A DNA stretch of 64,000 bases from positions 310,001 to 374,000 of the forward strand of contig NC_043014.1 in assembly GCF_006345805.1 (NCBI RefSeq), given 5' to 3'. The stretch's first letter is position 1; each line of letters opens with the position of its first letter. The position numbers and the translations under genes were made by a program. Below, one piece after another: positions 52,325 through 64,000 of this stretch. The notes below the pieces were generated by a model, which searched no databases, was not told the DNA's origin, and saw nothing but the letters and a program-made list of their open reading frames with translations. Source of the DNA: Octopus sinensis (lineage: Eukaryota).

Positions 52325-52822
52325 TATAAATATAGAATAGTGGTACAACAATGCACCAATATTTAATGGGAATAGCAGTTGATGCTGTACGCTGCTGTAG
52401 TAAAGCTTCACTGTGTGGGCAGCGACCAGAAAGAATTTCATCTTACCTGTAGGAAGAACATTAGTTAAATGTATAACCCAGATGTTAATCATTTTGGACC
52501 TGAGTTTCAGAACGTTTTCAGTGTTCTCGCTTGTTAACAGTTTAGGCGTTCAGGTGAGTCTACTGGCAGAGATGTAGCAACGTTCATAATTCTATGTGAA
52601 AACTCCAGCTGCAGAGAAATCATCAAGAGATTTTGAAACCTGGATCATCCACATCTGGGATGTATATTTATTTAATGATCTTCCGACAGGTAAGATGAAA
52701 TTTTCCGGAAACATATTTGCCCGTAAATACACAGTGAAGCTTTAACAATAGCGTCGTATATTGTTGACTGCTATTTCCAGTAATAAAATGGTGCGTTGTT
52801 GTACGACTATTCTATATTTATA
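52325..52822. mobile_element. Foldback element / long-TIR MITE downstream of the USF stop
   Basis: Arms 52325-52485 and 52651-52822 are imperfect reverse complements, with a 165-bp spacer and TA-rich ends. Confidence 0.75.
52782..52787 (+). terminator. Candidate distal USF polyadenylation signal AATAAA (proximal ATTAAA at 52264-52269)
   Basis: First AATAAA I found downstream of the USF stop codon, followed by a GT-rich tract. Confidence 0.4.
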
Positions 52823-53140
52823 TATATACACACACACATACATTCATATACGTACACATGTGTGTGTGTGTATGTGTATATATGTATATATATATATGCA
52901 CACATATCTATATACATGTGTGTGTGTATATATATATATATATACACACATATCTATATACATGTGTGTGTATATATATATATATATACGTGTATATATA
53001 CATGTGTATATATATATATTCGCTGGATGATATCCCACACCAAACACCGCCATTGTCGCCTAGTGTATATATATACACATACGCGCACACACACACACAC
53101 AGAAACACGTATGTATATATATTGATCTCTTGTTCCCCTC
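52815..53140. repeat. Compound TA/TG/CA microsatellite
   Basis: Direct reading. Confidence 0.9.
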
Positions 53141-53449
53141 TAATAACTGGGTTGGTTTGTCTTGTGCACATACATACACACACACACATTTGTTATTGTT
53201 AAAACTCTTGCAACTGGTAGGAGATTGTGGAATAGGATGCCTCCTGCTTCACATTCTGTTGGGGTTTACTTTGCCTTTCATGTTTCCAGGGTTGTTTAAA
53301 CAAGTACCAGTAATTCACTGGGTTCAACTCAATCAACTGTGCCCTTCCCTTCTACATATTGGCTCTTTGCCAACTCAAAAGAAACTTTATCATTATCTGG
53401 ACTCCTTGTAGCACTACTACTATTATCATCATCATCATCATCATCACTT

Positions 53450-54030
53450 TAGAGCAGTGGTTTGGCAGAATCAGTAGAGCACCAGACAAAATGCTTTATG
53501 GTATTTATTTATAGCTCTTTATGTTCTGAGTTCAAATCCAGCTGAGGTCAACTTTGCCTTTCACTTTTCATAGGGTTGATGAATAATGGTTGTGTGAACC
53601 ATTTGTTCCTTTCCCTTCACAATTATTGGTCTTCTGCCTAAATTAGGGAACTAATTATTTTCTTCATTAAGGCAGAACCATTAGCCAAATGCCTCATCGC
53701 ATTTCATCCGTTTTCATGTTCTGAGTTAATATTCCAAGGTCATCCTATTGGGGTCAATAAAATAAATACCAGTCACCTACTGGGGGTCACTATAGTTGGC
53801 TTGCCCCTCCCCTCAGAAACTGCTGGCCCTATGTCAAAATTTGTAACCATTATTATTATTATTTATTTAGGCAGAGAGCTGGCAACACCAGGCATTTTTT
53901 CCGGGTTTGCATTCTGAGTTCAGATGTCAAAGTTTCGGGGTCGATAAATTAAGTAGCAGTCATGTACTGGAGGTTCATGTAATCAACCTTCCTCTTAAAT
54001 GTTGCTGGCCTTGTGCCAAAATTTTGAAAG
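53450..54030 (+). mobile_element. Three tandem OR/OK-like SINE copies
   Basis: Repeated ttctgagtt… cores at ~53525, ~53718 and ~53913, each ending in a …aaattt(g) tail. Confidence 0.7.
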
Positions 54031-54469
54031 TTATTTTCATCATCAGCAGCAGCATCCTTACAGTGAAAATAATATAACCATTGATAATAATAATAATAAT
54101 AATACTGTTTTCTGAAATAACTTTGGATCAAGAGAAAGAAAATTTTCAAAATATAGCAGAAAATGTTTTGTTTTTGTACCTTCATCCCATGGCCCACTTC
54201 CTGGCAGTCAACAGGTTTTTTATGACAATAACTGATTTAGACCTTCTTCGTTTGCATATAAGTGCATGCAGTGTGTGTGTTGTGGGAGATGGAGGGTGCG
54301 TGTTTAGGAAGGCAATGAAGTGTCTTGGTAAATGATGCCTCTTCGCTTGTGTGTCATAAGAGTTTATGCTTCTGTAGAAACATTACATCTTGAAAGGATT
54401 GCATGGAAATATTGGGGAGCCTTTTCGTTTTTCTATCAAAAAGAAATTTTCAACTCAATATTTACTTGC

Positions 54470-54652
54470 TATTATATGTGTGTATATATATATGGATATG
54501 TGTGTGTATATATAGGTATATGTGTATCATCATTCATCATATATAATATACATATGTGTGTGTATATGTATGTATATATATATATATATATATACCCACA
54601 CACGGTTGTGTGTATGTATGTGTGTGTATATATATATATTATATAGTTGCGC

Positions 54653-54683
<31 letters not shown>

Positions 54684-54810
54684 CGGATGTATGTATGTAT
54701 ATATATATATATATATATATATGGATGTGTATGTGTGTATATATGGATGTGTGTGTATATATATATAGAGAGAGATGTATGTATGTGTGTATATATATTT
54801 ATATAGATAT
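54470..54810. repeat. Compound TG/TA microsatellite
   Basis: Direct reading. Confidence 0.95.
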
Positions 54811-54934
54811 GTGCTTTATTGAAACCCTAAATTAGTGTTTTAATGATTTCTGATATTTCCTCGTTAGTCTTTCATATTTAAGTCGGAGTAGTAATTAAGT
54901 AAATCCATAATAATGGCCATTTTTTCGACTGTAG

Positions 54935-55128
54935 ATGCAAGGCCCGAAATTTATGCGGGGTGGGCAATGGTAGTTGATTCTATTGACCCGAGTACTTGTC
55001 TGATACATGTTTCATTGACCCCAAAAGGATGAAAGGCAAAGTTGACCTTGGTGGAATTTGAACTCAAAACTTAAAGACGGATAAAATGCCATCAGGCATG
55101 CTAGTCGTTCTGCCAGTTCACTGCCTTG
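54935..55128 (-). mobile_element. tRNA-derived OR/OK-like SINE
   Basis: aggatgaaaggcaaagttgaccttggtggaatttgaactc. Confidence 0.8.
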
Positions 55129-55446
55129 TATTATTATGATAACAACAACAACAATATAACACGAACACGGTTGTTTCTAATATGACCATCATGCCAGCCT
55201 CCCTACTATGATAGAATAAAAACACAGCGTTGGATTAACAAACAATAAGTCTAGAGTAGAAAATAGCTGGAATTGAACCCTCACACATCGATTGTCTGAT
55301 GATGCCAATTTATTTGAGAGGGACAAGATGTGGTGTCCCCGTTCCTGCTGTACCCACCAGTGATTTATGAAAGGGGCTTGTTGCTATTTTTGTATTGTTG
55401 TTTATAAACCCATCCCAGTTAATATTGTTACATCTATATACATACA

Positions 55447-55492
<46 letters not shown>

Positions 55493-56697
55493 TGTATAAG
55501 CATCAATGTAGATGTGTTTATTCAAGCTGTTTGATTCTATACTCCATAGTCACTCTTACGTTGACGTGTAACAGTTTTTAATTCCATCAAAACCCTAAAC
55601 CTGCAACTTCTGCATATTTTGATGTCTGTATGTGATACGTGCATTCAATGGTGCACCAGTTTCTCTTTTGAAAGCCCTTGTACAGTTTTGTCCGGCTCCC
55701 CCCCCCCTGACACCACATATACACCCACCCGCACACACACCAACTCTGTTACAACCATGGAAGATTCCAGAAACATCATCCGAAGAAACTTCCCCTTCCC
55801 CCTCATCGGGTTTCTTTTTGATCTTATCTCACGGATGAGCAAGAAAACTGGAAACTTGTGATAATAGATATGTATATCTATATAATGTATGTGTGTGTGT
55901 ATACACGTATGTGTACACACACACACACATGTATATACACACGCATACATATATACACGTGTGTGTATACTCCCCAGCATCATCATCATCACCACCATCA
56001 TCATCATCAACAACAACAGCAGCAGGAAGTGAGTACAGTGATTTCTCCGATCCTCTCTTCCAACAATAAATTGACTTTTTCTCTGTTAACTTCTTCAATT
56101 CATCTTTTCTTCATTTTTATTTGTTAATTATTATTTCCTTATCATTTGTTGAATTTCTACCAATGTGTGTTTGTATATTAGATGGGGAAGCTCATTCGAT
56201 TGAGTTGGGATATTCTTTGTTGAATATCCCAAGTCATACAATTCCAAATCCATTTTATAAGAAGTGTAACGTCTGTGGTGACTTTGTCGAGTACTCTGCC
56301 AGGAAGCAGAGCTTATTTTGGCACAAGAGACGGGCGACCGATTGCAGTGTGTGCAAAAGTCAGGAAAAAGATGCACTCGTATATCAATAGAGTGGCTATA
56401 TTATCTGAAGTGTACAGTATCACACTAAGGATTCAAAACAGCTCAACTCTATGAGCCTACACTTCTCTGAGGTGGCTGTAATGGAATAAACTATGGCGAC
56501 TGTTCTCTATTGTTGGAGACACGAAGTTGATGTGAAAGATGATGGAACGAAATGAGTAAGAGCTTAAGAGTTATGTCCCTTGGTACTGAAACCTTATTCA
56601 TAGAAATGTCTGCAGCGATGGGCCGTGAGGTCACAAAGTTCACTTCTGGTTGAATCTCACTGTGTGATACTTTGGGCCAAAGTCTTCTACTTATAAC

Positions 56698-56813
56698 CAC
56701 CTCACCATATTTGCAAGGATTGGATGGGGCATTTCCACTTTCACAGTCCCTTTTTTCCCCTCCAATGGGTTTAGGGATTGTAGGGTCTGTTTCCATCACT
56801 TCATCCACATTTG
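56698..56813 (-). CDS. Candidate exon of an unidentified convergent gene (FRPNVDEVMETDPTIPKPIGGEKRDCESGNAPSNPCKY)
   Basis: Pyrimidine-rich acceptor ttttcttttctgtttatgcaaactgtcag|, open frame, donor ATG|gtgagg; no family recognised; coordinates approximate. Confidence 0.3.
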
Positions 56814-56859
56814 GACGAAATCTGACAGTTTGCATAAACAGAAAAGAAAACACAATATC

Positions 56860-57880
56860 TCATGTGAAAATCAAAAAAATATCGACTTGATTGTGGCTGA
56901 GCGTTAAAAACAATTTGCTTAAGATAGTCGGACTCAAGATGGCTCCAGAACCTGGTGCGTGCGTTCCTACTGTGTCCCTTGGAAAATCTTCAAACACCTC
57001 CTTCATCTTAGCCAACAGCTTAGCCTTGGTGTTGCAGGCAGACCGGCTAGTGTCTTTCTCAACTGTGCTCCACACAGTAATCCATGGGATTATAACCAAG
57101 GGGATTAAGAGGCCAGAAATTGCAGATGGTGAGTCAGAGAAATTCTCCAATAACCACCCCTTAATCTTTTTGGAGGTATGACAATGAACTGAATTCTGGC
57201 ACTCCACATGTAGCTGTCCAGCTGGGGTTTGACCACAGCTTCACAATTGAGCCTAAGGCCCTGATCTGAGATGTGATGTGGCATGATGTCACCCTCACTG
57301 GATACACTCACAGTTGGGGCTGACTTGGTTTTCATGATAAGCTGGACACCGTACGGATTGTAAGTCAGCTGCCCATTGTCCAGGCTGGTGTTGTGTGACT
57401 GATCCTGGCAGAAGTTCTTTTCGTCCTTGTAGAACCAGATCATCTCCACTGAACAGGATGCCTCGGCTTGTTCAGGAGCTTCCGCACCTTCGTCAAGTAG
57501 TCCTCCTTGGCCCTGGTTGTCAGAATTTGTGCCTCTTGTATTAGTGGTAGCAAAGATCCTCTTTCAGGGGCAGTTTCATATTGGCAACACCAATCTCTCT
57601 CACCAAAGCCCAGATTCCCTTGCTCAGATCTTCCATTACTTTGTCCTTCAGTTATCAAATGAAATCCAAAGTGCAGTCGGGGTCAGAATGCCTGCTCTGT
57701 CCCTTCCTGTTGGCCATGGACTTTGTAGTCTCCATTGCAGCTGTCCAGCTTCTACAGCGTTCACAGAGCATTGTGCAGCAGTTATGGTGTTGGTATTTTG
57801 AGATTCCATGTGCAAATCATCCGGATACAGAGAATTCTTTACCAATATTCAAATGGTTTCCAGTCCTCCATCTCAGATAA
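56860..57880 (-). mobile_element. Decayed maT/DD37D-type Tc1/mariner transposase
   Basis: WFYKDEKNFCQDQSHN…MKTK…SSEGDIMP…QGLRLN…VVKP; WLLENF; VWSTVEKDT…NTKAKL…KEVFEDFPRDTV. Confidence 0.8.
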
Positions 57881-58709
57881 CTTTAATCTTTATGGTCCTC
57901 AAAGCCATTAACTGTTTACCAATACATGAAGTTGTTCCTGAAAAAAAGAAAGAAAAAAAATCGTCAACTTTATCCTGAATAGCAGACTACTTCTTCCATG
58001 GTTTGGCACCTTCCTCTCCAGCTGCAATCCCCGGGTTTTTCCCTCTCTTGTGCCCAACATTTACAACAAACAAGTTTTTATTTATATTTATTTTTATTAT
58101 TTACACCTGAGTGAATGTAGATACCAGTTGATGTGTTTCATGTCATTAAAATGTAAGAGAGTCTGCACCACCCCCCACTCTTGAAGAAATCTTCTCAGTT
58201 CTTCCCTATTGATATAGGTTATTGATTAATTGATTTTTAAATGTTGTTAACCTCAGATCAAAACCATTCCAGCCAGCCATGACCTGCTTCTCTTTCTTTT
58301 TCACAATTATTTTGTCAAATGTGTCCTTCAATTTTTTTTGTAGGGGAGTTGGCTGCTATTTCTACTAGGTCGAACTACCAATAGGTTTCACGCACATTAG
58401 TGTGTGATCTAATTGGCAGCGGACTTATTTCCAGCAAGCCATTATGTGGTTGCCCTGTCCCTGACATTAGTCAGGGATTCACTCTCGCTTTTCAATTTTA
58501 AACAGGAAGTTTTTGTCAATTAATTACATGGATAACCTCAAATTTACCTACAATTATTAATGTTATATTCGATCAACCAAATACACACAGACACTAACAA
58601 CAAGGATTCGTCTACAGAATTAAAAATGGACAATAAATAATCCTTTATTCTCTGGCTATTAACTTCAGGTTGCAGCCAAGCAGGGACAACATTTTAAGAG
58701 TTTCACTTG

Positions 58710-59300
58710 ATCCCATCTGTATTACTATCAAACAGAATGGCTGGTCCCTCTATTAGGTTTACATTAGGAAGACTATTTCTCCCAGTCCTTCTTCACATTT
58801 AGTAGCCTTTCAGAACAGCACTCGTCTGCTTCTTTCGTTTTGCAATCACTGAGTGCAAGAGTACCAGCATCCATCCACACACACTTCTTTCCCACATCTC
58901 ATTCCAAAATACCTCATTCTGTAGAACATTGGCAAACCTCCGCACTTCAACTTCTTCCATTGCTAAATATATTTGTCTCTCAAACTTTTTCCTCTAGCTA
59001 CTTGATATAATTCTCTTTTATCTCCAGTCTTCTAACCTCTTCCAAGCTTGGCTCTGTATACTCCACTGTTCCACCCTTACATCATCCTCCGTCCAGCTGG
59101 ATGTTTCTCATCAAATACTTCAGCTTGTAATTCCCTAAACCTCTTATTTTCTGGTGGATCTTTTTAACCTGCACATTTTCCTTTTTCAAACTGGTTTGTA
59201 TTTCTGAATCTTTCACGTTCTATGTCTGCAATCACTTACCACTAACCACTATATTGACTTGTACATTCTTCACAACCATCTGGCTTGTTTGCCTAATTAA
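58710..59300 (-). mobile_element. Old RTE LINE fragment (pre-RT linker)
   Basis: Minus-strand …LLNVKKDWEK.SLPNVNLIEGPA… resembles the 17-kb copy. Confidence 0.55.
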
Positions 59301-59779
59301 CTGGCTGGTTTCCTCAACTTAACACTCCCCGATGCAAATGATCTGCAACACTAAGAACCTTGCTCTGTCTACAGCCTCCCTGTAAGTCACCACGAAGGTC
59401 ACTGTCATTTGTTGGCTGATGCCAGTGGAATGTAAAAAAGCACCACTCAAGGTAGTGACAGGGGACAGAGACCTTTGGCGATACGCCATGCATGTGTAGA
59501 CCCGTCAAACCAAGTGAGATCATAGTTGTGGCCGATGCCAGTGGCACGTAAAAAGCACCCACTATACTCTTGGAGTGGTTGGCATTAGGAAGGGCATCCA
59601 GCTGTGGAAACCTTGCCAAATCAGATTGGAACCTGGAGCGGCTCCCCAGCTTACCAGTTTTCAGTCAAACTGTCCAACCCATGCCAGCATGGAAAGTGGA
59701 CGGTAAACGATGGTGTTGTCTGCATAAATGCATCATAAAATCAGTCCTGATTAAGTAGCATTGGTAAAGATAAATGTTC

Positions 59780-59950
59780 TTTTCTAATCTAGACACAAGG
59801 CCCAAAGTGTTTGGGGGAAGTGGGGCAATAGATTAGATTGACTCCAGTGTGCAACTGGTACTTAATTTATCGACCCTGAAGAGCAAAGTCGACCTTGGCA
59901 GAATTTGAACTCAGAACATACAGACAGACAAATTACTGTCTGCCAGCCTC
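59780..59950 (-). mobile_element. tRNA-derived OR/OK-like SINE
   Basis: gcaaagtcgaccttggcagaatttgaactcagaac. Confidence 0.75.
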
Positions 59951-61099
59951 ATAAATGTTGCTGTTGTTAGTTGCCCAGAAGAGTCCAGGCTTTATTATCC
60001 CCCTATTGCAGGCTCTCGTTACCTCAATCATTTTTGCTGACCCAGAGGAATTTATATTTACGTTCTTCGTCCTGAAGGAGTCTGACTGAGGCCCCTTGCA
60101 TGCAGCTCACGTGTACTTGCCCCTATTCTAGCATGTTAATTTCATCAAAACTACTTTTGATTGTGGCTGCCCAAACTGAACAGAAAGATTCAGCATCTGA
60201 ACAGAATGGGTTTTGCCGGAATGTTTGTCCGTGCACAACAGATCAGACGTACAAATGTTTCCATTTCCTCAAAATCCTTAACATTCGGAGCCGAGTAAAG
60301 AAATAAATAGCAGGGAGAGGTGGGAGAGTGAAAGGGGTGGGAAAATAGAGAAGGCAATCTGTGTCTTAGTGATTCATTAATTAGGACAAGTCCAGCTCTT
60401 AAAGGGTTGTGTTTTGTCTGCTTTCTCCTCCAGCAAATTCATTATTATTATTAATATTTAATTCCACTCATTCTATATATTTGTCCTCTTTCAAAAATTT
60501 ATCATCAACTTTTGTAATTACAAATTTCGTTGTTCAGACCAAAGAAATTTCATCCATTCCCGTGTAAGGTTCTTTCTGACAAATCTATGCTGTAAAATCC
60601 TAGTTTGGCCTACAAAAGTTTCTCATTTCCTCTCAGTAAGTAATTGCATTAGGCTTTGTGACCCCTAATGTGCCCAACCCACTCATCCTTACAAACTCTC
60701 TCTCCATTTTGTAACCTCAGTAAGAAAATAGCGTAAAGAGACCCCAGTCTCCCCGTTTTGTTCCGGTTGTGTATCTGCATCCTCATCAGTAGACGCATCA
60801 CAGTGTTGTCCTCTCCTCACTCAGGTTACTCTTGTAATTGTATTGCCTCTGCCTTTTAAGTCTTGCTCTCCACATGTTTATCTCAATATTCACATGGCAA
60901 TGCTGAATTCATTTAAAATGTGAAGGATTTGCAAAGAGGACTTTATTCCCACCATGTTTACTAACAACATCCAGATTCAAACTTCAAATAATATCTCACA
61001 CTTTAATTACAGTAATTGGTTTGTTATCAGTTGGGGAATGGGTAACAAGAGAAAGTAAACTAAAAGTAGAGGTCCCTATCCAATACAGGATAATCTGTT

Positions 61100-61800
61100 G
61101 AGGGCATCAAAGTGACTGACACATGGGAGTGGAATAGCTGTGGATAAAGCCATGGAGGCTCAGAGACATGTATGGAAAGACTAGCTAAAAGGGGACAGTG
61201 AAGGGCACAACCACCAAGTTGCAAGAAGGGAAGTCAGATGTTGAGTATTTCTAGCAAAAGAAGAAACCCAGAGCAAGAAGTTTGCCAATGAGGAAGGCGA
61301 GAGTTTATGATAGAATGAATTCAAAGTGAAAGTAGGGATGCGTGGGGGGGGGGCTTAGTCTGTAGCTTCTTGTTTATTTATAGTCCTCCAACTCAGAGTT
61401 GATGCAGGTTGAGACCAATTCCCCATTCGTGGGCCGCCTTCATGTTGAAGACTCGGCACTAATAGCAGAATGTGGAATTGGAAAGACTTCAAAGTGAATT
61501 AAGCAAAGACTAAGGTATTAGCAAACAGAGAAGCAGTCAGGTCCTTGTTAAGCCTTCCTTGATCTGCTAAAAAGGAGCTGGTGAGAATTCCATGCAGTGT
61601 ACCCAGGGGAAACTGGGTATACAAGAGGCATAAAGGGCTAACATTTTCACATATCATAGATGCAGAGCAACAAAAACACTTACAAAATAGACTCCATTCA
61701 ATATTCAGACGTCTCTCTACAAATAACTGGTCGATCCTGTTACCTTGGAGACCAAATTAGTGTCTTCTGAGACCATTGTTGCCAGAGAGCTTTTTTGACC
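61100..61800 (+). mobile_element. Highly decayed RTE LINE
   Basis: gaagactcggcactaatagcagaa…aaagactaaggtattag…taccttggagaccaaattag. Confidence 0.55.
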
Positions 61801-63292
61801 TCTGCTAGAAAAGGACGGTTTCTGCCTTTCCATCTCACTCATCTTCCACTTTCGCTTTCATGTTGAGGTCACTGTTTTGTTCCCAGTTCACCCGACATTC
61901 AGCCTCAGCTACTGTTTGCCATCCCCTCCACCCCATATCACTCTTCCTTCCAACACATTTTGGGCCTCTATCATCTCCCTGCAATCCTAGTCACACTACA
62001 TTAACACACACACACACATCTCTTGTTAAGTGGTAACTTGTCAATTTGATAGAGATTGACCAAATAAGTTCCACCCTGGACTTAACACTTGAGGTTGATG
62101 TGGTTAAGGAAAACCTCTCCAGGCTTGTCCCAGCTGTTGAACTAAAGGCATCTCATAAAAATGCCATTGTAGACATTCAAGATGGCTGGAAGCAGTTTTT
62201 GGAATTGACTGATTTCATTCCAAACTTCCACACTCAAACAATATTTTGTAATGTTTGTTATATGGATAAGAAAGTTAAATTCATTTTAATGGAAAACTGT
62301 TTTATGAATTTTCTAGAAATATATCTGCAGGTGTTCAAAGATCAACATAATTATTAATTTAACGATCAACAAGAACACATTCACATAAAGTTAACTGAAA
62401 GAGACTCTCTATTTTCCTGAATGACACTTGACAAATTAACAGAAATAAAATCAATGACAATTCATACATTTTGGATGACATTTAACTCCGTTCACCTTGC
62501 ATTTACACCCTCCACTGTTGTCGTTCAGACCCTGAAATTAAATAAACATATATTTAGCACACATTTAGCATATATTTTAGCAGGTCTACACATTCTGGCC
62601 CCACCATATTAGCTTGTCTACTCAGATGGATTTATGAAAATATCCACAATTGTCAATATCTTATATTGAAGGGGATTGGTGCGGCCCCTTCCCCTACACA
62701 CCTTGCCAATGAATGTTTCCCTATTAATTCTTGACTTTCCCTTCTACTTAAACTTTCTGATATTTCTACTCGATTCTAGTTTTCCTTCAAGTTGCAGCCA
62801 TGCTGGAGCACTGGCTTCTTCACAATTTGCAATCCTTAACTTTTAGTGAATGAAGGAGGTTGATGTTGGGGTCTTCATTCACTTTTCATGCCATGACAAT
62901 TGCAGATAGAATAGTTGGCAACATCTCAACTACATTTACTTGGAAATGATAAATCTATTTGATAGATACAACTCTACAACAATCACCAGACTAGTATAGT
63001 TACATTTTGGCCAACAGAGATTATAAGAATAGCTTTACCTTTGGCCCCCATCTTGGGCCTCGTGTTGCCCAGCAGATTTCAAGTTTACACACTGAACACC
63101 TCAACCAATCACAGCCATCCTTCTTTGTGACAATCACCTCACATTGGGGACATTTCATAGCATCTCCAGACTTGAGCAGGTTCTGAAATTATAAACATTT
63201 CATTTAGATTTTATTTTTCTTAACTATTTCATGGTGGTCTGGTTATTGTGTTTAAAAAATTTCATGGGGCAAAATGGCCAAAGTTGTGGTTC

Positions 63293-63997
63293 TTAAACCT
63301 CTCAGCCCTCAGCCGTTGTGTCCAACTTTGCCCTCCACCTGGGGCTCCTCAGCAAAATCATAAATAGTTGCATACACAGCTCAAGAGTAATAATTGCAAA
63401 CAAATTAATGGACAGAATTACAAAAAGAAAAAAAAAAAAAAAAGGTTCAGAACCCTAACAACCCTAGGCCTATCTTTCAAGCAGCATCTTTGTTCATCTG
63501 AATTGTTACTTTCCTCATCGCTTTCGCCAGTTTCATTGTCCGAATCACTCTCATTGTCTGCAGAAGTGGAAACTCTTCACCCAAAGAATAAATACCATCA
63601 ATAATTTCTTCAACTGCTAAGAGTCTGGGCCCCGTTTGTTTACCAGACAAAGCACTGGATTCCTCATACCTGTGTTTCTTCACAAAGGATCCTTTTTTTC
63701 CGATTAAAGACCAAAGTAAACAACAGCTATGGAGAACATCGTTAACAATGGATCTCCAACACACTCCACTACAAAGCTGCAACATGATCGGTTGTCGGTT
63801 CCAGGGAAGTTTATCTGCTTTTTCTCTGTGTGTTGTTCGTTAGAGATTTAAGGGGAATCTGGCAGAGATTTCATTCAGGCTGTTCTCAGTATACTGGGGA
63901 CATGGCATTATAGGGTTAAACAATTTGACAGCATGAGGTATATTATACAAATGACTAAGGAATACTCAACCAGTTTCATGTTTTGTCAGTAAATACT
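63293..63997 (-). mobile_element. Non-autonomous piggyBac-like element, copy 2 (inverted)
   Basis: Reverse complement of 41444-42125 with only a few substitutions, a poly-T length change and a 7-bp CTCAGCC duplication. Confidence 0.65.
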
Positions 63998-64000
63998 GGG

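Noticed and set aside
51623-53202. Long Y/I/H/C/V-rich ORFs (also at 9706-10271, 54332-54835, 55645-56127)
   Set aside because: Translations of TA/CA/TG microsatellites.
62860-63200. Possible Penelope GIY-YIG remnant
   Set aside because: Too degraded to support by eye.

Overview
AT-rich, repeat-dense animal genomic DNA. The repeat landscape (RTE LINE remnants, tRNA-derived OR/OK-like SINEs, long TA/CA microsatellites) suggests an octopus; this is inference, not a database result. Two genes can be reconstructed by splice-site reading. (1) The 5' end of SRPRA (SRP receptor alpha) on the minus strand: exons 10368-10252, 1472-1389 and 151-<1. (2) An apparently complete USF (upstream stimulatory factor, bHLH-ZIP) gene on the plus strand: exons 22312-22343, 39991-40052, 44200(or 44242)-44345, 48228-48396, 49265-49399, 51211-51305 and 51405-51626, giving 861 nt = 286 aa + stop. 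The rest is decayed RTE LINEs, two mariner copies, a maT/DD37D element, a CGGBP1/DUF659-like hAT relic, an RLE-LINE tail, a Helitron-like element, MITEs, SINEs and microsatellites. Most notable: a ~500-bp foldback just 3' of USF, with poly(A) signals placed so that they could switch the hairpin on or off; a near-identical inverted pair of piggyBac-like elements bracketing the 3' 21 kb of USF; in-frame splice alternatives in the USF HLH loop; USF-type E-boxes inside the USF gene; and several further dsRNA-forming structures in USF introns. I recognised no rRNA, tRNA gene or CRISPR array. Repeat boundaries are by-eye estimates.
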